DNA of 62,995 nucleotides, filler included, from Octopus bimaculoides (Eukaryota), in the NCBI RefSeq assembly GCF_001194135.2. It is 5 parts of 5 records of this genome, joined end to end, with 100 filler letters (N's around TTAATTAATTAA, not from the genome) between each part and the next. Parts side by side here need not be neighbours in the genome. Positions count along the whole stretch, not along the records: positions 1 to 14,506 come from NC_069010.1; 4 more parts are not named here. One strand, written 5' to 3'. Positions 1 through 11,139 of the stretch are shown one piece after another; the first letter of the stretch is position 1, and the number at the start of each line of letters is the position of its first letter. A program made the translations under genes and the position numbers. A model generated the notes under the pieces. It was not told the origin of the DNA and made no database searches. It saw only the letters and a program-made list of their open reading frames with translations.

Positions 1-642
1 ATACATACACGATGGACTTTAATAGTTTCCCGCGGGACATCGGTTGGCCAAGGCCTATTGTAGAAAGCACTTGTCCAAGGTAACGCACAGTGGAATTGAA
101 ACTGGAACCACGTGGTTCTTTCAGAGGTTAAAAAAAAACTAGCGTCTTCCTGCTGTAACCGCTATGCTTTATTTCCTGTCATAGTGTACCTAAGCTGCAA
201 TATTCAATGTGTCTCTCCTTATACTTTTGTCCCAGGTCTGTAATGAACCTGTTGATCTGTGATCAAAGACGCTCCAGATCTGACCTAGGGCTACATTATT
301 TAACGTATTCGGCATAGTATATTTATAATCACAGTGTGTCCTTCGTTTTTCATGACATTAAGGTGTTATTTGAGGGAGCTTTAACTGTTGTATTTAGCAA
401 GAGTGACCTTGTTACATTTTTTTCATTCAATCGTAAAATTGTTTTCCCGCGTAAATTACATTATTTTTAATCCGGGCACTTGAGGATTTCGTTATCGCTA
501 TGGGGTATGTCTAAAAGTATCGTGGACTTGATATACTGAAACGAAAGCAATACATGTTGAATATGGTTTCACTTTGGAAAAAAAAAGTTCAGGGCGATTT
601 AGCTGTTGTTTTTAGCACATCTCACCGATAGCTTTCTTGTTT

Positions 643-964
643 ACTCTTTTACTTGTTTCAGTCATTTGACTGCGGCCATGCTGGAGCACCGCTTTTAGTC
701 GAAGAAATCTACCCCAGGACTTATTCTATCAGTCTCTTTTTGCCGAACCGCTAAGTTACGCGGACGCAACCGAGCATCGGTTGTCAAGCGGTATTGACAC
801 ACACACACACACATATATACGATGGGCTTATTTTAGTTTCTGTGTACCAAATCCACTCAAGGCTTTCGTTGGCCCAGGGCTATAGTAGAAGGGTGCCACC
901 CAGTGGGACTGAACTTGGAACCATGTGGTTGGTAAGCAAGCTACTTACCACACAGCCACGCCTG
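643..964 (-). mobile_element. tRNA-derived SINE, family B (internal microsatellite)
   Basis: Head GGCGTGGCTGTGTGGTAAG...GGTTCCAAGTTCAGTCCC and tail ending GAAACAAGTAAAAAGAGTA. Related pieces at about 2290-2430, 3800-4000, 22695-23092, 27120-27272, 28800-28980, 43385-43690, 50170-50340, 50705-50910 and 62450-62725. Confidence 0.8.
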
Positions 965-1695
965 TTTAATATTTATTTCTTTATTGCCCACAAGGGACTA
1001 AACATAGAGGGAACAAACAAGGACAGACAAAGGGATTAAATCGATTACATCGACCCCAAAAGGATGAAAGGCAAAATCGACCTTGGCGGAATTTGAAATT
1101 CTCCCCAGAAATACATTTGAGTCATGGAGAAGGGTCACACACGCACGCTTATCTATTTCGTGTACACAGCCTTTACTTTCNNNNNNNNNNNNNNNNNNNN
1201 NNNNNNNNNNNNNNNNNNNNNNNNNNNNNNNNNNNNNNNNNNNNNNNNNNNNNNNNNNNNNNNNNNNNNNNNNNNNNNNNNNNNNNNNNNNNNNNNNNNN
1301 NNNNNNNNNNNNNNNNNNNNNNNNNNNNNNNNNNNNNNNNNNNNNNNNNNNNNNNNNNNNNNNNNNNNNNNNNNNNNNNNNNNNNNNNNNNNNNNNNNNN
1401 NNNNNNNNNNNNNNNNNNNNNNNNNNNNNNNNNNNNNNNNNNNNNNNNNNNNNNNNNNNNNNNNNNNNNNNNNNNNNNNNNNNNNNNNNNNNNNNNNNNN
1501 NNNNNNNNNNNNNNNNNNNNNNNNNNNNNNNNNNNNNNNNNNNNNNNNNNNNNNNNNNNNNNNNNNNNNNNNNNNNNNNNNNNNNNNNNNNNNNNNNNNN
1601 NNNNNNNNNNNNNNNNNNNNNNNNNNNNNNNNNNNNNNNNNNNNNNNNNNNNNNNNNNNNNNNNNNNNNNNNNNNNNNNNNNNNNNNNNNNNNNN

Positions 1696-1727
<32 letters not shown>

Positions 1728-1763
1728 ACACAAGTTTTTATGTCTATTTTCTCCTCTTTTCAG

Positions 1764-1798
1764 TCAGTGGAAGGGTGAAGTGAAAACAGGACTTCCAG
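1764..1798 (+). CDS. DCTPP1: dCTP pyrophosphatase 1-like, internal 35-nt exon
   Basis: Polypyrimidine tract and CAG acceptor end at 1763; GTAGGT donor starts at 1799. Encodes (F)QWKGEVKTGLP(E). Its last nucleotide (G) joins the AA opening the exon at 2544 to make GAA, keeping frame. FQW is typical of the MazG-like DCTPP1 family. Confidence 0.8.
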
Positions 1799-2543
1799 GT
1801 AGGTTTCCCACCAAATTTTCTTACTACTTGAAATATTCTAGAGGGAAAGCTGGGAGTGCTAGTGAAGGCATGGGTTTGATAGGTCTGTAATTCTACAGAT
1901 ATCCTCATGCTTCTGCACATATTTGTAGCCAAAGAACTTTAAAATCTTACTCTCTTACATCTTCTTAGTTGTCTCCATCATTGGACCGTGGCCATGCTGG
2001 GGCACTTCCTTGAAGGATTATAGTCAAATGCATCAACTTTAGTACTTATTTTTTTTAAGTACTCTATTCAAGTCCACTCTCAAAAGTTTGGTTAGCCTGA
2101 GACCAAAGAGCAATAATTCTTTTACTCATTTCAGTCATTTGAGATTTTTTGTTTATATATATATATATCAAAGAAATCAACCCTAGGGCTTGGCTTGTTC
2201 TTTGAAAGCCTGGGACTTATTCTCTTGGACTCTTTTGCTGGGCCACTAAGTTATAAAGACACGAACACCAAAACTGTTGTCAAGTGATGGTGGAGGGCTT
2301 CTTTCAGTTTCCATCTATCAAATCCACTCGCGGCTAAAGTAGAAGACACTTGCCCAAGGTGCCACGCAGTTGGATTGAACCCGGAACCATGTGGTTGGGA
2401 AGCAAAGCTTCTTACCACACAGCCACGCCTAATCCTTAGATATAAAAAAAACAAATGTATGGAACACTTCATGGGTTTGCGTGTTTCCATCGAAATCTGT
2501 ATTACAATTATAACATCCATGGTTTTTCTTTTTTTTTTTCCAG

Positions 2544-2749
2544 AATTTTCCGAACGTGAAAAGGAACATGTAGGCGAGGAAATGAGCGATGTTTTGATAT
2601 ATCTGATTTGGTTGGCGCACCGATGTAGGGTTGATCTTCCAAGTGCTGCACTGCGCAAGTTCCAGAAGAACTCAAAGAAATATCCAGCAGACAGAGTGTT
2701 TGGGAAAAGTAACAAATATACAGACTACGAAGACCAACAGGTTAAATAA
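2544..2749 (+). CDS. DCTPP1: dCTP pyrophosphatase 1-like, terminal coding exon (5' exons not visible)
   Basis: T-tract and CAG acceptor end at 2543. Encodes EFSEREKEHVGEEMSDVLIYLIWLAHRCRVDLPSAALRKFQKNSKKYPADRVFGKSNKYTDYEDQQVK*, matching the DCTPP1 signature EExSDVLIYL..LA.RC.VDLP...KYP...KYT (family recognised from memory). Confidence 0.88.
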
Positions 2750-4287
2750 ACACTGATATGTCATTTCTTTTTTTTCATTTGTTTCAGTTATTTGGACTGT
2801 GGCCATGCTGGGGCACCACCTTGAATGGTTTCTTTCATTCAGTGGTTTGCAAATTTTGTTTTTTCAGACGGCTGCCCCCTTGCCATCCAAGCCACATTAC
2901 TAACACCCATTCACCCTTACAAACATTGATTCTTTTCTACAGCAAAATCCAAAGCAGTTTGTTTTTCTTGAATAAAACTTAACCTAATTAACCCTTCGTT
3001 TTGTTGTTTCTTCCCCCCCACTGACTGGCTCCTGTGCCAGTGCCACTTTATGGACAAGGGTAGCCAACTGGTATTTTCGTCTGGAACCCTCTAGAGAGAT
3101 GCAAAGGGACATAGCTCAACTTGCCAACCCCTGCAACTTCAATAAACTTGGTGAATATATCTGCCATAGAAGTAATGTTTCTGTGCCCATCGCAAAGAAC
3201 AGAATAAGAGAGTCTTGCAAGTATTCAACTGTTTTAAAAAGGGAAGGGACTTTCAAGCAGTTCCCCTTCGACAGATATTGAACCTCTGTGTACAAGAACC
3301 AACATATTCTTTATCATTCTCAGAACTGCAGAAGCAGGGGGAATCCTGAGCATGTTTCTTTGATGTCATTTTCTGCTGTGATATCAATGGTCATTGACTT
3401 AAAGTGTACCACTTTATTTGTTACTAGTTATAACCTGTGGATTATAAACTGTGCTGTAGACATGCGAAGTAAAGCTTGTTCAATAAATCGGAGGGCATCC
3501 AGCTGCAGAAACCATGCCACAACAGACAATTGGAGTCTGGTGCAGCTCCTCTTCAGCCCATGCCAGCATGGAAAACCTGTTGAGCGATGATGATGGCTTG
3601 TATCATTCACTTAACCCTTTAGGATTTAAACCAGCCATATCAAACCCTTATATTTTACTTGTGTTTTTTGTTCAGACTGACTAGATACAGCCTCTCGCAC
3701 GTACCCTACAATGTCATTCTAAAAATAAAGTCACAACATCGAACAGGAGTGGTTTTGCTGTAAGAAGCTAACCCTGCACATATTTCGATGTTGTGACTTT
3801 ATATATCTGTATGTGTGTCTGTGTTTGTCCCCACCAACATCGCTTGACAACCGATGGTGGTGTGTTTACGTCCCCGTAACTTAGTGGTTCGGCAAAAGAG
3901 ACCGATAGGATAAGTACTAGAAGAAGTCCTGGGGTCGATTTGCTCGACTAAAGGCGGTGCTCCAGCATGGCCACAGTCAAATGGCTAAAGTAAAAGAGTA
4001 AATGGTTGAAAAAAATTCCAGAGAACCGCGTAGACGTTACACGTGTTTGTAAAACGCTCAACCTCATAAAAGTTATTTCAATGAAAATTCCGTTTATTAC
4101 TTCGAAAACGACGAAGACCCATTTTGCCATAACCTTTTGTCGGTTTTTATTCTTTTCCTTACGGCCAGAGGTCAATGTCAATGTCACCTCCGAAGGTCAT
4201 GCTAATACAGCGCCGCCTATCTGAGAACTAGGCGGAAGGAAAGTGGGAGATAACTCTGGAATAACTGCTGCCACTAAACATTTCGCC

Positions 4288-4944
4288 ATGCTTCTTCCGG
4301 TGGCAACTAATCTCCTTCGGAGATTTGGATCACACAGAGACATCATCAGAGGTTTGTTGAGGCAACAGAAGTCCGTTATTGCTTCTTCTGTGTCTTGTTC
4401 ATCTTCCCTTACGTCTGCTGCCACGGAAAATGAGTCGCCATCTTCGATCAGCGGGACACGGAATACCGCGACTTTGACCCCTCGTCGGGACCCTATCCGC
4501 TGGGAGCCGACCGATGTCGGTCTACCACCAGAAGTAGAGCCTTATCAATCATTGTGCATCGAAATGAAGGGTTACGATTTCGCGGTGCTGGAGAAGTTTG
4601 CATGCTACGTGCATAAGATGTGTGACAACCTGGGCCACAACTGTGAGGCCTTCGCCATGCCGGCCAAATCGCTTCACGTCTCAACGTATCGACCCCGATC
4701 AAGCGTGATCGATAATACCTACGAACTGCAGGTATACGAACGGAACGTCCTCCTCCAGGATCTGGCCAACACCGCTCTGCCGCACCTCATCTCGCTCTTC
4801 ACGGGTCACCTGCCCGAAGGAGTCACCCTGAGGATACGGCACTACACCGCCAGCGACGAGTCGAACCGTTACATCCCGGACAGACAGCTGCGTGAGTTAC
4901 ACGGACAATTGGATGAAATTGCCGCGTCCAGGAAGAAGAAATAA
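4288..4944 (+). CDS. MRPS10: Mitochondrial small-subunit ribosomal protein S10 (uS10m), single exon
   Basis: Uninterrupted ORF. ATG at 4288 in a good context (CGCCATG); the track's 4243 start is a GTG. The N-terminus is Arg/Ser/Leu-rich like a mitochondrial presequence. S10 domain: LCIEMKGYDFAVLEKFACYVHKMC...YERNVLLQDL...HLPEGVTLRI. Confidence 0.9.
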   Translation: MLLPVATNLLRRFGSHRDIIRGLLRQQKSVIASSVSCSSSLTSAATENESPSSISGTRNTATLTPRRDPIRWEPTDVGLPPEVEPYQSLCIEMKGYDFAVLEKFACYVHKMCDNLGHNCEAFAMPAKSLHVSTYRPRSSVIDNTYELQVYERNVLLQDLANTALPHLISLFTGHLPEGVTLRIRHYTASDESNRYIPDRQLRELHGQLDEIAASRKKK

Positions 4945-5952
4945 AGACCACAAGGAACTGTACGGAAAGAGAGAGAGAGAGAAAGAAAGAAAGACTCTGT
5001 GTGTGTGTGGTAATTTTTGTTTAACCCTTGGTCAGTCTTGATTGGGGATATTAGGACCAGAGGCAAGCACCTTGTTCATTTTAGCGTGATTTACAACTGG
5101 GACTAAAGTCAATTGATTTTTTCATATACATGTATACGTCTAAGTTTGTATGTCCACTTATCTAATACCCAGTCCGGAATGATTAAGATCGGCCGAAATG
5201 GATTTGTAATATACTTTGATTATAATACCCAATCCTCTTGACAAATATACAAGCACGCGCATACACACATATTTATATATTAGAAAACAATAAATGCACA
5301 AACAAACGAAAGACAGACACAGAAGGATCGATAGATCCTCATCAATTATCGGCCAGAGGGTCAAACGCAATTTATATACACACACACACACACATACACA
5401 GGTGATCTCTCCCCGATTTTGCTTCCCCCCCCCCCCCCAAGACTTTCTTTAAAAATGTATATTTTTTTGGTGGAAATTGAAATTTCTTTTAATGAATGAA
5501 ATGAGATACATTTTAGATGATGTAGATTACGGAAACAGAATTATTTTGGCGATCTTTCGGCCGATAATTAGGAACTCGTACCGAAAGATCGCCAAATAAC
5601 TACCCCAAAAAGAAGTAAATATCTTGTATTTGCAATATATAAATATATTTCTTTTGTTTTTGAAATGTATGAATATTTTGTTTTGTTTCTTTCTCATCTT
5701 ACTCTCTTGTGTCTGTTATATACGAGTGGATGCTACAACGTTGGGTGTCGCCAGTAAGGCGTGGCTGGAGGCCCCAGTCTTCTGAGTTCTTTTACAAGGC
5801 TTAGAAAAATCTGAAGGACCACTGCAAATAAAGGGGTGGTTCTGAGAGGGGAACACGTTGAATAAAATTATAATTAACTGATTCTCCTGTTTGTTTGTTT
5901 TTTCTCTTTTATCCAAAGCCAGGAACTTTTCAGCACCCCATCGTATCCGTGA

Positions 5953-6610
5953 ATGAGCCAATATGGGAGACCTTTACATGGTTGCTATATCTGCTAGAAA
6001 TAGCAGACAAATCTCCTTCAAATCATGCCCTACTGTCTTATATATATTACATAAATATATATATATACACACACACATATATGTGTATGTATGAGCCAAT
6101 GAGGGAGACCTCTACATAGTAGCTAGACTTGGTAGAAATAACAGCCAAATCTCCCTCACATCACACCCTGCTGTCTTATGTATGAGCCAATGAGGGTGTC
6201 CTCTACACGGTAGCTAGACCTGGTAGAAATAGCAGCCAAATCTCCCTCACATCACACCCTACTGTCTTATGTATGAGCCAATGAGGGTGTCCTCTACATG
6301 GTAGCTAGACCTGGTAGAAATAGCAGCCAAATCTCCCTCAAATCACGCTGTACTATCTTATGTATGTATGTATGAACCAATGAGGGTGACCTCTACATGG
6401 TAGCTAGACCTGGTAGAAATAGCAGCCAAATCTCCCTCAAATCACACTGTACAATGTTATGTATGTATGTATGAACCAATGAGGGTGACCTCTACATGGT
6501 AGCTAGACCTGGTAGAAATAGCAGCCAAATCTCCCTCTAATCACACCTTACTGTCTTATGTATGTATGTATGAGCCAATGAGGGTGACCTCTATAATGGT
6601 AGCTATTTCT
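5953..6610. repeat. Minisatellite of about 91-100-bp units (5-6 copies plus a diverged upstream copy)
   Basis: Repeated TATGA(G/A)CCAATGAGGG...GCTAGACCTGGTAGAAATAGCAGCCAAATCTCCCTC...ACTGTCTTATG. Confidence 0.9.
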
Positions 6611-7037
6611 AGTGACCGAGACCTTTGGAAATATGCTGTGCTTGAGAAGAATCTGCAAGCCAAGTGAGACCATAACCCATGGCCTATGCCAGTGGTGTAA
6701 CCAGCCCACTTATGTGTACCTTTCCTTCATTAGACATTAAACTCTGCTTGCAAAGACCTGTTCAGGCAAGTGAAATCGAAATTAAATTCGATGATAGCAC
6801 CGCATGACTGGCATCCGTGCTAGTGGAGCGCTAAGATCACCATCTGAGCGTGATTGTTGCCAGGGCCACTGACTGGCATAAAAAAGCACCCACTACACTC
6901 TCTGAAGAGTGGTTGGCGTTAGGAAGGGCATCCAGCTGTAGAAACTCTGCCAGATCAGATTGGAGAGTGGTGCAGCCATCCGGTTTCGCCAGTCCTCAGT
7001 CAAATCGTCCAACCCATGCTAGCATGGAAAGCAGAAT
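6611..7037 (+). mobile_element. 5'-truncated RTE-type LINE 3' end
   Basis: Begins SDRDLWKYAVLEKNLQAK*, an RTE-like DR..W terminus, followed by a 3' UTR (AAAAGCACCCACTACACTCTC...CCAACCCATGCTAGCATGGAAAGC). Copies at 30041-30284 and 32570-32807 share this UTR and end in (GAT)n. Confidence 0.65.
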
Positions 7038-7254
7038 TTGAACTCAGAACATAAAGATGGACGAAATACTGTGAAGTGTTTTGGCCAGGATGCTAGCAAT
7101 CCTTCTAGTTTGTTGCCTTTCGGTTTCCAAATAATATTAGCGAGTTGCCTTCTCCAACAGAACATCACTGATGGTCACTCCAGAACCAGGATTACATTCT
7201 ACAATTGTCCAAAACTCTTGGTTTATTAATGCAGCAGCAGTAGTTATCATTCAG

Positions 7255-7522
7255 TTCTATATTTAAGAGATGAGGAATTATTTACATTTGACGGATATTC
7301 GTCCTCATCTTGTTTGTTGTTAACACAACGTTTCGGCTGATATACCCTCCAGCCTTCGTCAGGTGTCTTGGGCGAATTTCGAACCTGGGTTCTCATTCCT
7401 ATCGATGTTACTATTATTATATTATTATTATTATTACTATTATTAATCAGGTCGCTGCCGTGAATCGAACTCGGAACCTTGGGGTTAGTAGCCCGCGCTC
7501 TTAACCACTACGCCATATGCCC
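7255..7522 (-). mobile_element. tRNA-headed SINE-like element with a hammerhead-like tail, copy A
   Basis: A-box TGGCGTAGTGG (7505-7515), B-box GTTCGATTC (7462-7470), (AAT)n, then a body with CTGACGA-A-GGCTG..CAGCC-GAAAC. Colinear homolog at 35749-36021. Confidence 0.75.
7322..7367 (-). ncRNA. Candidate minimal type I hammerhead ribozyme motif
   Basis: Minus strand GACAC CTGACGA A GGCTG gagggtatat CAGCC GAA ACGT T GTGTT. Stem I GACAC/GTGTT, stem II GGCTG/CAGCC, palindromic ACGT as a possible intermolecular stem III, GUU cleavage triplet. Folded by hand; activity untested. Confidence 0.45.
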
Positions 7523-8086
7523 GTGGCATAATATAATAANNNNNNNNNNNNNNNNNNNNNNNNNNNNNNNNNNNNNNNNNNNNNNNNNNNNNNNNNNNNN
7601 NNNNNNNNNNNNNNNNNNNNNNNNNNNNNNNNNNNNNNNNNNNNNNNNNNNNNNNNNNNNNNNNNNNNNNNNNNNNNNNNNNNNNNNNNNNNNNNNNNNN
7701 NNNNNNNNNNNNNNNNNNNNNNNNNNNNNNNNNNNNNNNNNNNNNNNNNNNNNNNNNNNNNNNNNNNNNNNNNNNNNNNNNNNNNNNNNNNNNNNNNNNN
7801 NNNNNNNNNNNNNNNNNNNNNNNNNNNNNNNNNNNNNNNNNNNNNNNNNNNNNNNNNNNNNNNNNNNNNNNNNNNNNNNNNNNNNNNNNNNNNNNNNNNN
7901 NNNNNNNNNNNNNNNNNNNNNNNNNNNNNNNNNNNNNNNNNNNNNNNNNNNNNNNNNNNNNNNNNNNNNNNNNNNNNNNNNNNNNNNNNNNNNNNNNNNN
8001 NNNNNNNNNNNNNNNNNNNNNNNNNNNNNNNNNNNNNNNNNNNNNNNNNNNNNNNNNNNNNNNNNNNNNNNNNNNNNNNNNNNNNN

Positions 8087-8290
8087 GAAAATTCACCGTC
8101 ATTGATTCACCCCAGGGTAAGTTCACTGTCAGCCGTTCACTGCAGGGAAAGTTCACCTTTATCAATTCATCACAAGGAAAATTCACCGTCATCCATTCTG
8201 TGCGGGGAAAATTCAGTGTCATCAGTCTACTACTGGGAAAGTTTACCATCATCAATTTACTGCAGAGAAAAGTTCAGTCATCAATTGACC
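8087..8290. repeat. Degenerate 30-bp tandem repeat (about 7 units)
   Basis: Units start GGAAA(A/G)TTCAC..TCATC at 30-nt spacing; the 5' side is lost in the gap. Confidence 0.75.
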
Positions 8291-9424
8291 AGGATAGTTT
8301 TTTAACTATTCATGGTGAGATACTATGGATATATTTTCTTGGTAAACTTTCCTCAAGGTGCATTGATGACAATGAACATAGCTATAATTCCCAGCAGCGG
8401 GGAGGTCATCCAGGACCTTGCATTTCAAGGCCCCTGCACTGGGCTTACAAATTGTTGCTCCTTGTACCCTCAATCAGTTTTAATCTAATAACAACAACAA
8501 CAATAATGACAAAAACAAGTTGTCTTCTCCAACAGAATATCACTGATAAACAATTTTTTAATCACAAAAATATAAGAAATATCAATTTCTGTCTCTAGTT
8601 TTTGGCTGTTTGTTTTTGGTTACTTTTTGTCTTTTTACATATACATATGTGTGTGTGTTTATATATATGCATGTGTGGATATGTATCTATATATGTGTGC
8701 ATACATTTATACACATTCATACATACAATGACGCATACATACATATATATATATATATTGTATATCCATCATGACCTTACCAATTGGTTTCACACTAGGG
8801 ATACAATGGAGGAGGATTAGGTAATGATCCGATTATATAACCCTACGTTTATCAGAGGTAGCCGATATGGAATGTCACCATATTTCATTCCATCTTTGCT
8901 ACCCCTGACGAGCATAGGGTTATATAATCGGATTGTTACCAAACACTCCATTGTACCCCTAGCGCGAATGGATATATATATATATATATANNNNNNNNNN
9001 NNNNNNNNNNNNNNNNNNNNNNNNNNNNNNNNNNNNNNNNNNNNNNNNNNNNNNNNNNNNNNNNNNNNNNNNNNNNNNNNNNNNNNNNNNNNNNNNNNNN
9101 NNNNNNNNNNNNNNNNNNNNNNNNNNNNNNNNNNNNNNNNNNNNNNNNNNNNNNNNNNNNNNNNNNNNNNNNNNNNNNNNNNNNNNNNNNNNNNNNNNNN
9201 NNNNNNNNNNNNNNNNNNNNNNNNNNNNNNNNNNNNNNNNNNNNNNNNNNNNNNNNNNNNNNNNNNNNNNNNNNNNNNNNNNNNNNNNNNNNNNNNNNNN
9301 NNNNNNNNNNNNNNNNNNNNNNNNNNNNNNNNNNNNNNNNNNNNNNNNNNNNNNNNNNNNNNNNNNNNNNNNNNNNNNNNNNNNNNNNNNNNNNNNNNNN
9401 NNNNNNNNNNTATATATATATATA

Positions 9425-9483
<59 letters not shown>

Positions 9484-10065
9484 GTGTGTATATATATACA
9501 TACATACATAATATGTGTGTGTGCATATTTGTAAAACATTAAATAAAAATTGACAGAAAAATATTAAAAAGCAGACATTGATGTCAAGCGTACATACATA
9601 TATTTATGCATACCCACACACACACAGATATATATATATATGTATATACATCCTACTGTTTGCCTCTTGCTCCACTTAATAATAATAATGGCTTCAAATT
9701 TTGCCAGAAGGGCACCAATTTTTTTTTGGGGGGGATGAGTCGATCACAACTGACCCACGAAAGGATGAAACGCTATGTCAACTCCAGCGGAATTTGAACT
9801 CAGAACACAGCGAAAGGCAAAATACCGCTAAGCATTTCGTCTCGCATTCTAACAATTCTGCCAGCTCGCTGCCTTTGTATGATAAACATAATAATAATAA
9901 TCTTTCTACTAAAGGTATGAGGCCTGAAATTTTAGGGGAGGGGGAGGGGGCAGTCGATTGCATCGACCCCAGTGAATCACTGGTTCTTATTTTATCGACC
10001 CCCAAGGAAGAGGAAGGCCTTCTCTCAAAAGGAAGCAAACATCTAGCATTACATTACATTATGTA

Positions 10066-10250
10066 TCAGGCCTTGGTCTGGAACCCACAAGAAAGGCAGA
10101 ACAGAAGACACCCTAAAAATAGCTGGAAGAAGGATACTTGAAGCAGAGCAGAAAAAGCAGGGATCAAACTGGAGGGGAGCAGAAATGACGGCCCAAAGTT
10201 GGGAGCAGTGGAGGAAAGTTTCTGATGGCCTAAGCTCCATAAGGAGCGCT
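10066..10250 (+). mobile_element. Degraded RTE-type LINE C-terminal fragment
   Basis: ALVWNPQERQNRRHPKNSWKK resembles the RTE AL.W.P.G.R.RGRPK.TW motif; interrupted by a stop and frameshift. Confidence 0.55.
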
Positions 10251-11108
10251 GGACTTAACCATTTCAAATTTATACCAGATACATCCAACCCGAATATTCT
10301 ATTTGTCTTATATTCAAACTGGTCAGATCTGGACTCTCACACCAACCCTACAATGTCCTTTTCAAAATATATAAATCACATCATTGCAATCTAAAAGCTA
10401 CAAGATAATGCCAAGATTAACTTTAAGAAATGTGAATAAATAAGCATTGAATGCTAAAATGTATTTTACAAGCTCTTTATGTTTCTAGGTTTGACTTAGC
10501 CTTTCATAATTTCAGAGTTAGTTACGTACTAGGGGCCAATGGTATGCACTAACCTGTTTCCCTTAAAACTGCTGTCCCTTCAGCCTAATTTACAATCAAG
10601 CAAGCAGAACTGTTACCATGCCAGGTAAAATGTTTGGTGACATTTTCCTAGTTCAAATTCCACCAAGGTCAACTTTGCCTTTTGCACTTTCAGGGTTCAT
10701 CATCATCATTAGCATCCGTTTTCCATGCTGGCATGGGTTGGATGGTTTCTCTGGTACTGGTACTGGTACGCCAGAGCTGCACCAGGCTTCCAATTGTCAG
10801 TTTTGGCTTCGTTGATAAAATAAATACAAATCGGACCCTGGTGTTGATGCAATTGATTTCCCTACCTCTCAAAAAAAAAACAAAAAGAAAGAAAAAAAAA
10901 AACTACAGGCCCTGTGCCAAAAAGTTTGAAATTATTATTATTATTATTATTATTATTGGCGAAGGTAAAGAATATGCACAATCAGTGTTTAGGGTTAGGG
11001 TTATACCAAAAACGGCTGGTGTGTGTATTCGTTACCTCTGCTAGTTAGGAAGGTAAAGAAAACGCACACCTGGTGTTTAGGGTGATGTGCTTATGCTTTA
11101 CCTCCACC

Positions 11109-11139
<31 letters not shown>

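Noticed and set aside
7440-7522. tRNA-like cloverleaf with a CTACTAA loop
   Set aside because: Acceptor and anticodon stems are imperfect and it is fused to a repeat body in both copies, so it is treated as a SINE head, not a tRNA gene.
10985-11085. TTAGGG motifs
   Set aside because: Only two or three units inside a dispersed repeat; not a telomeric array.
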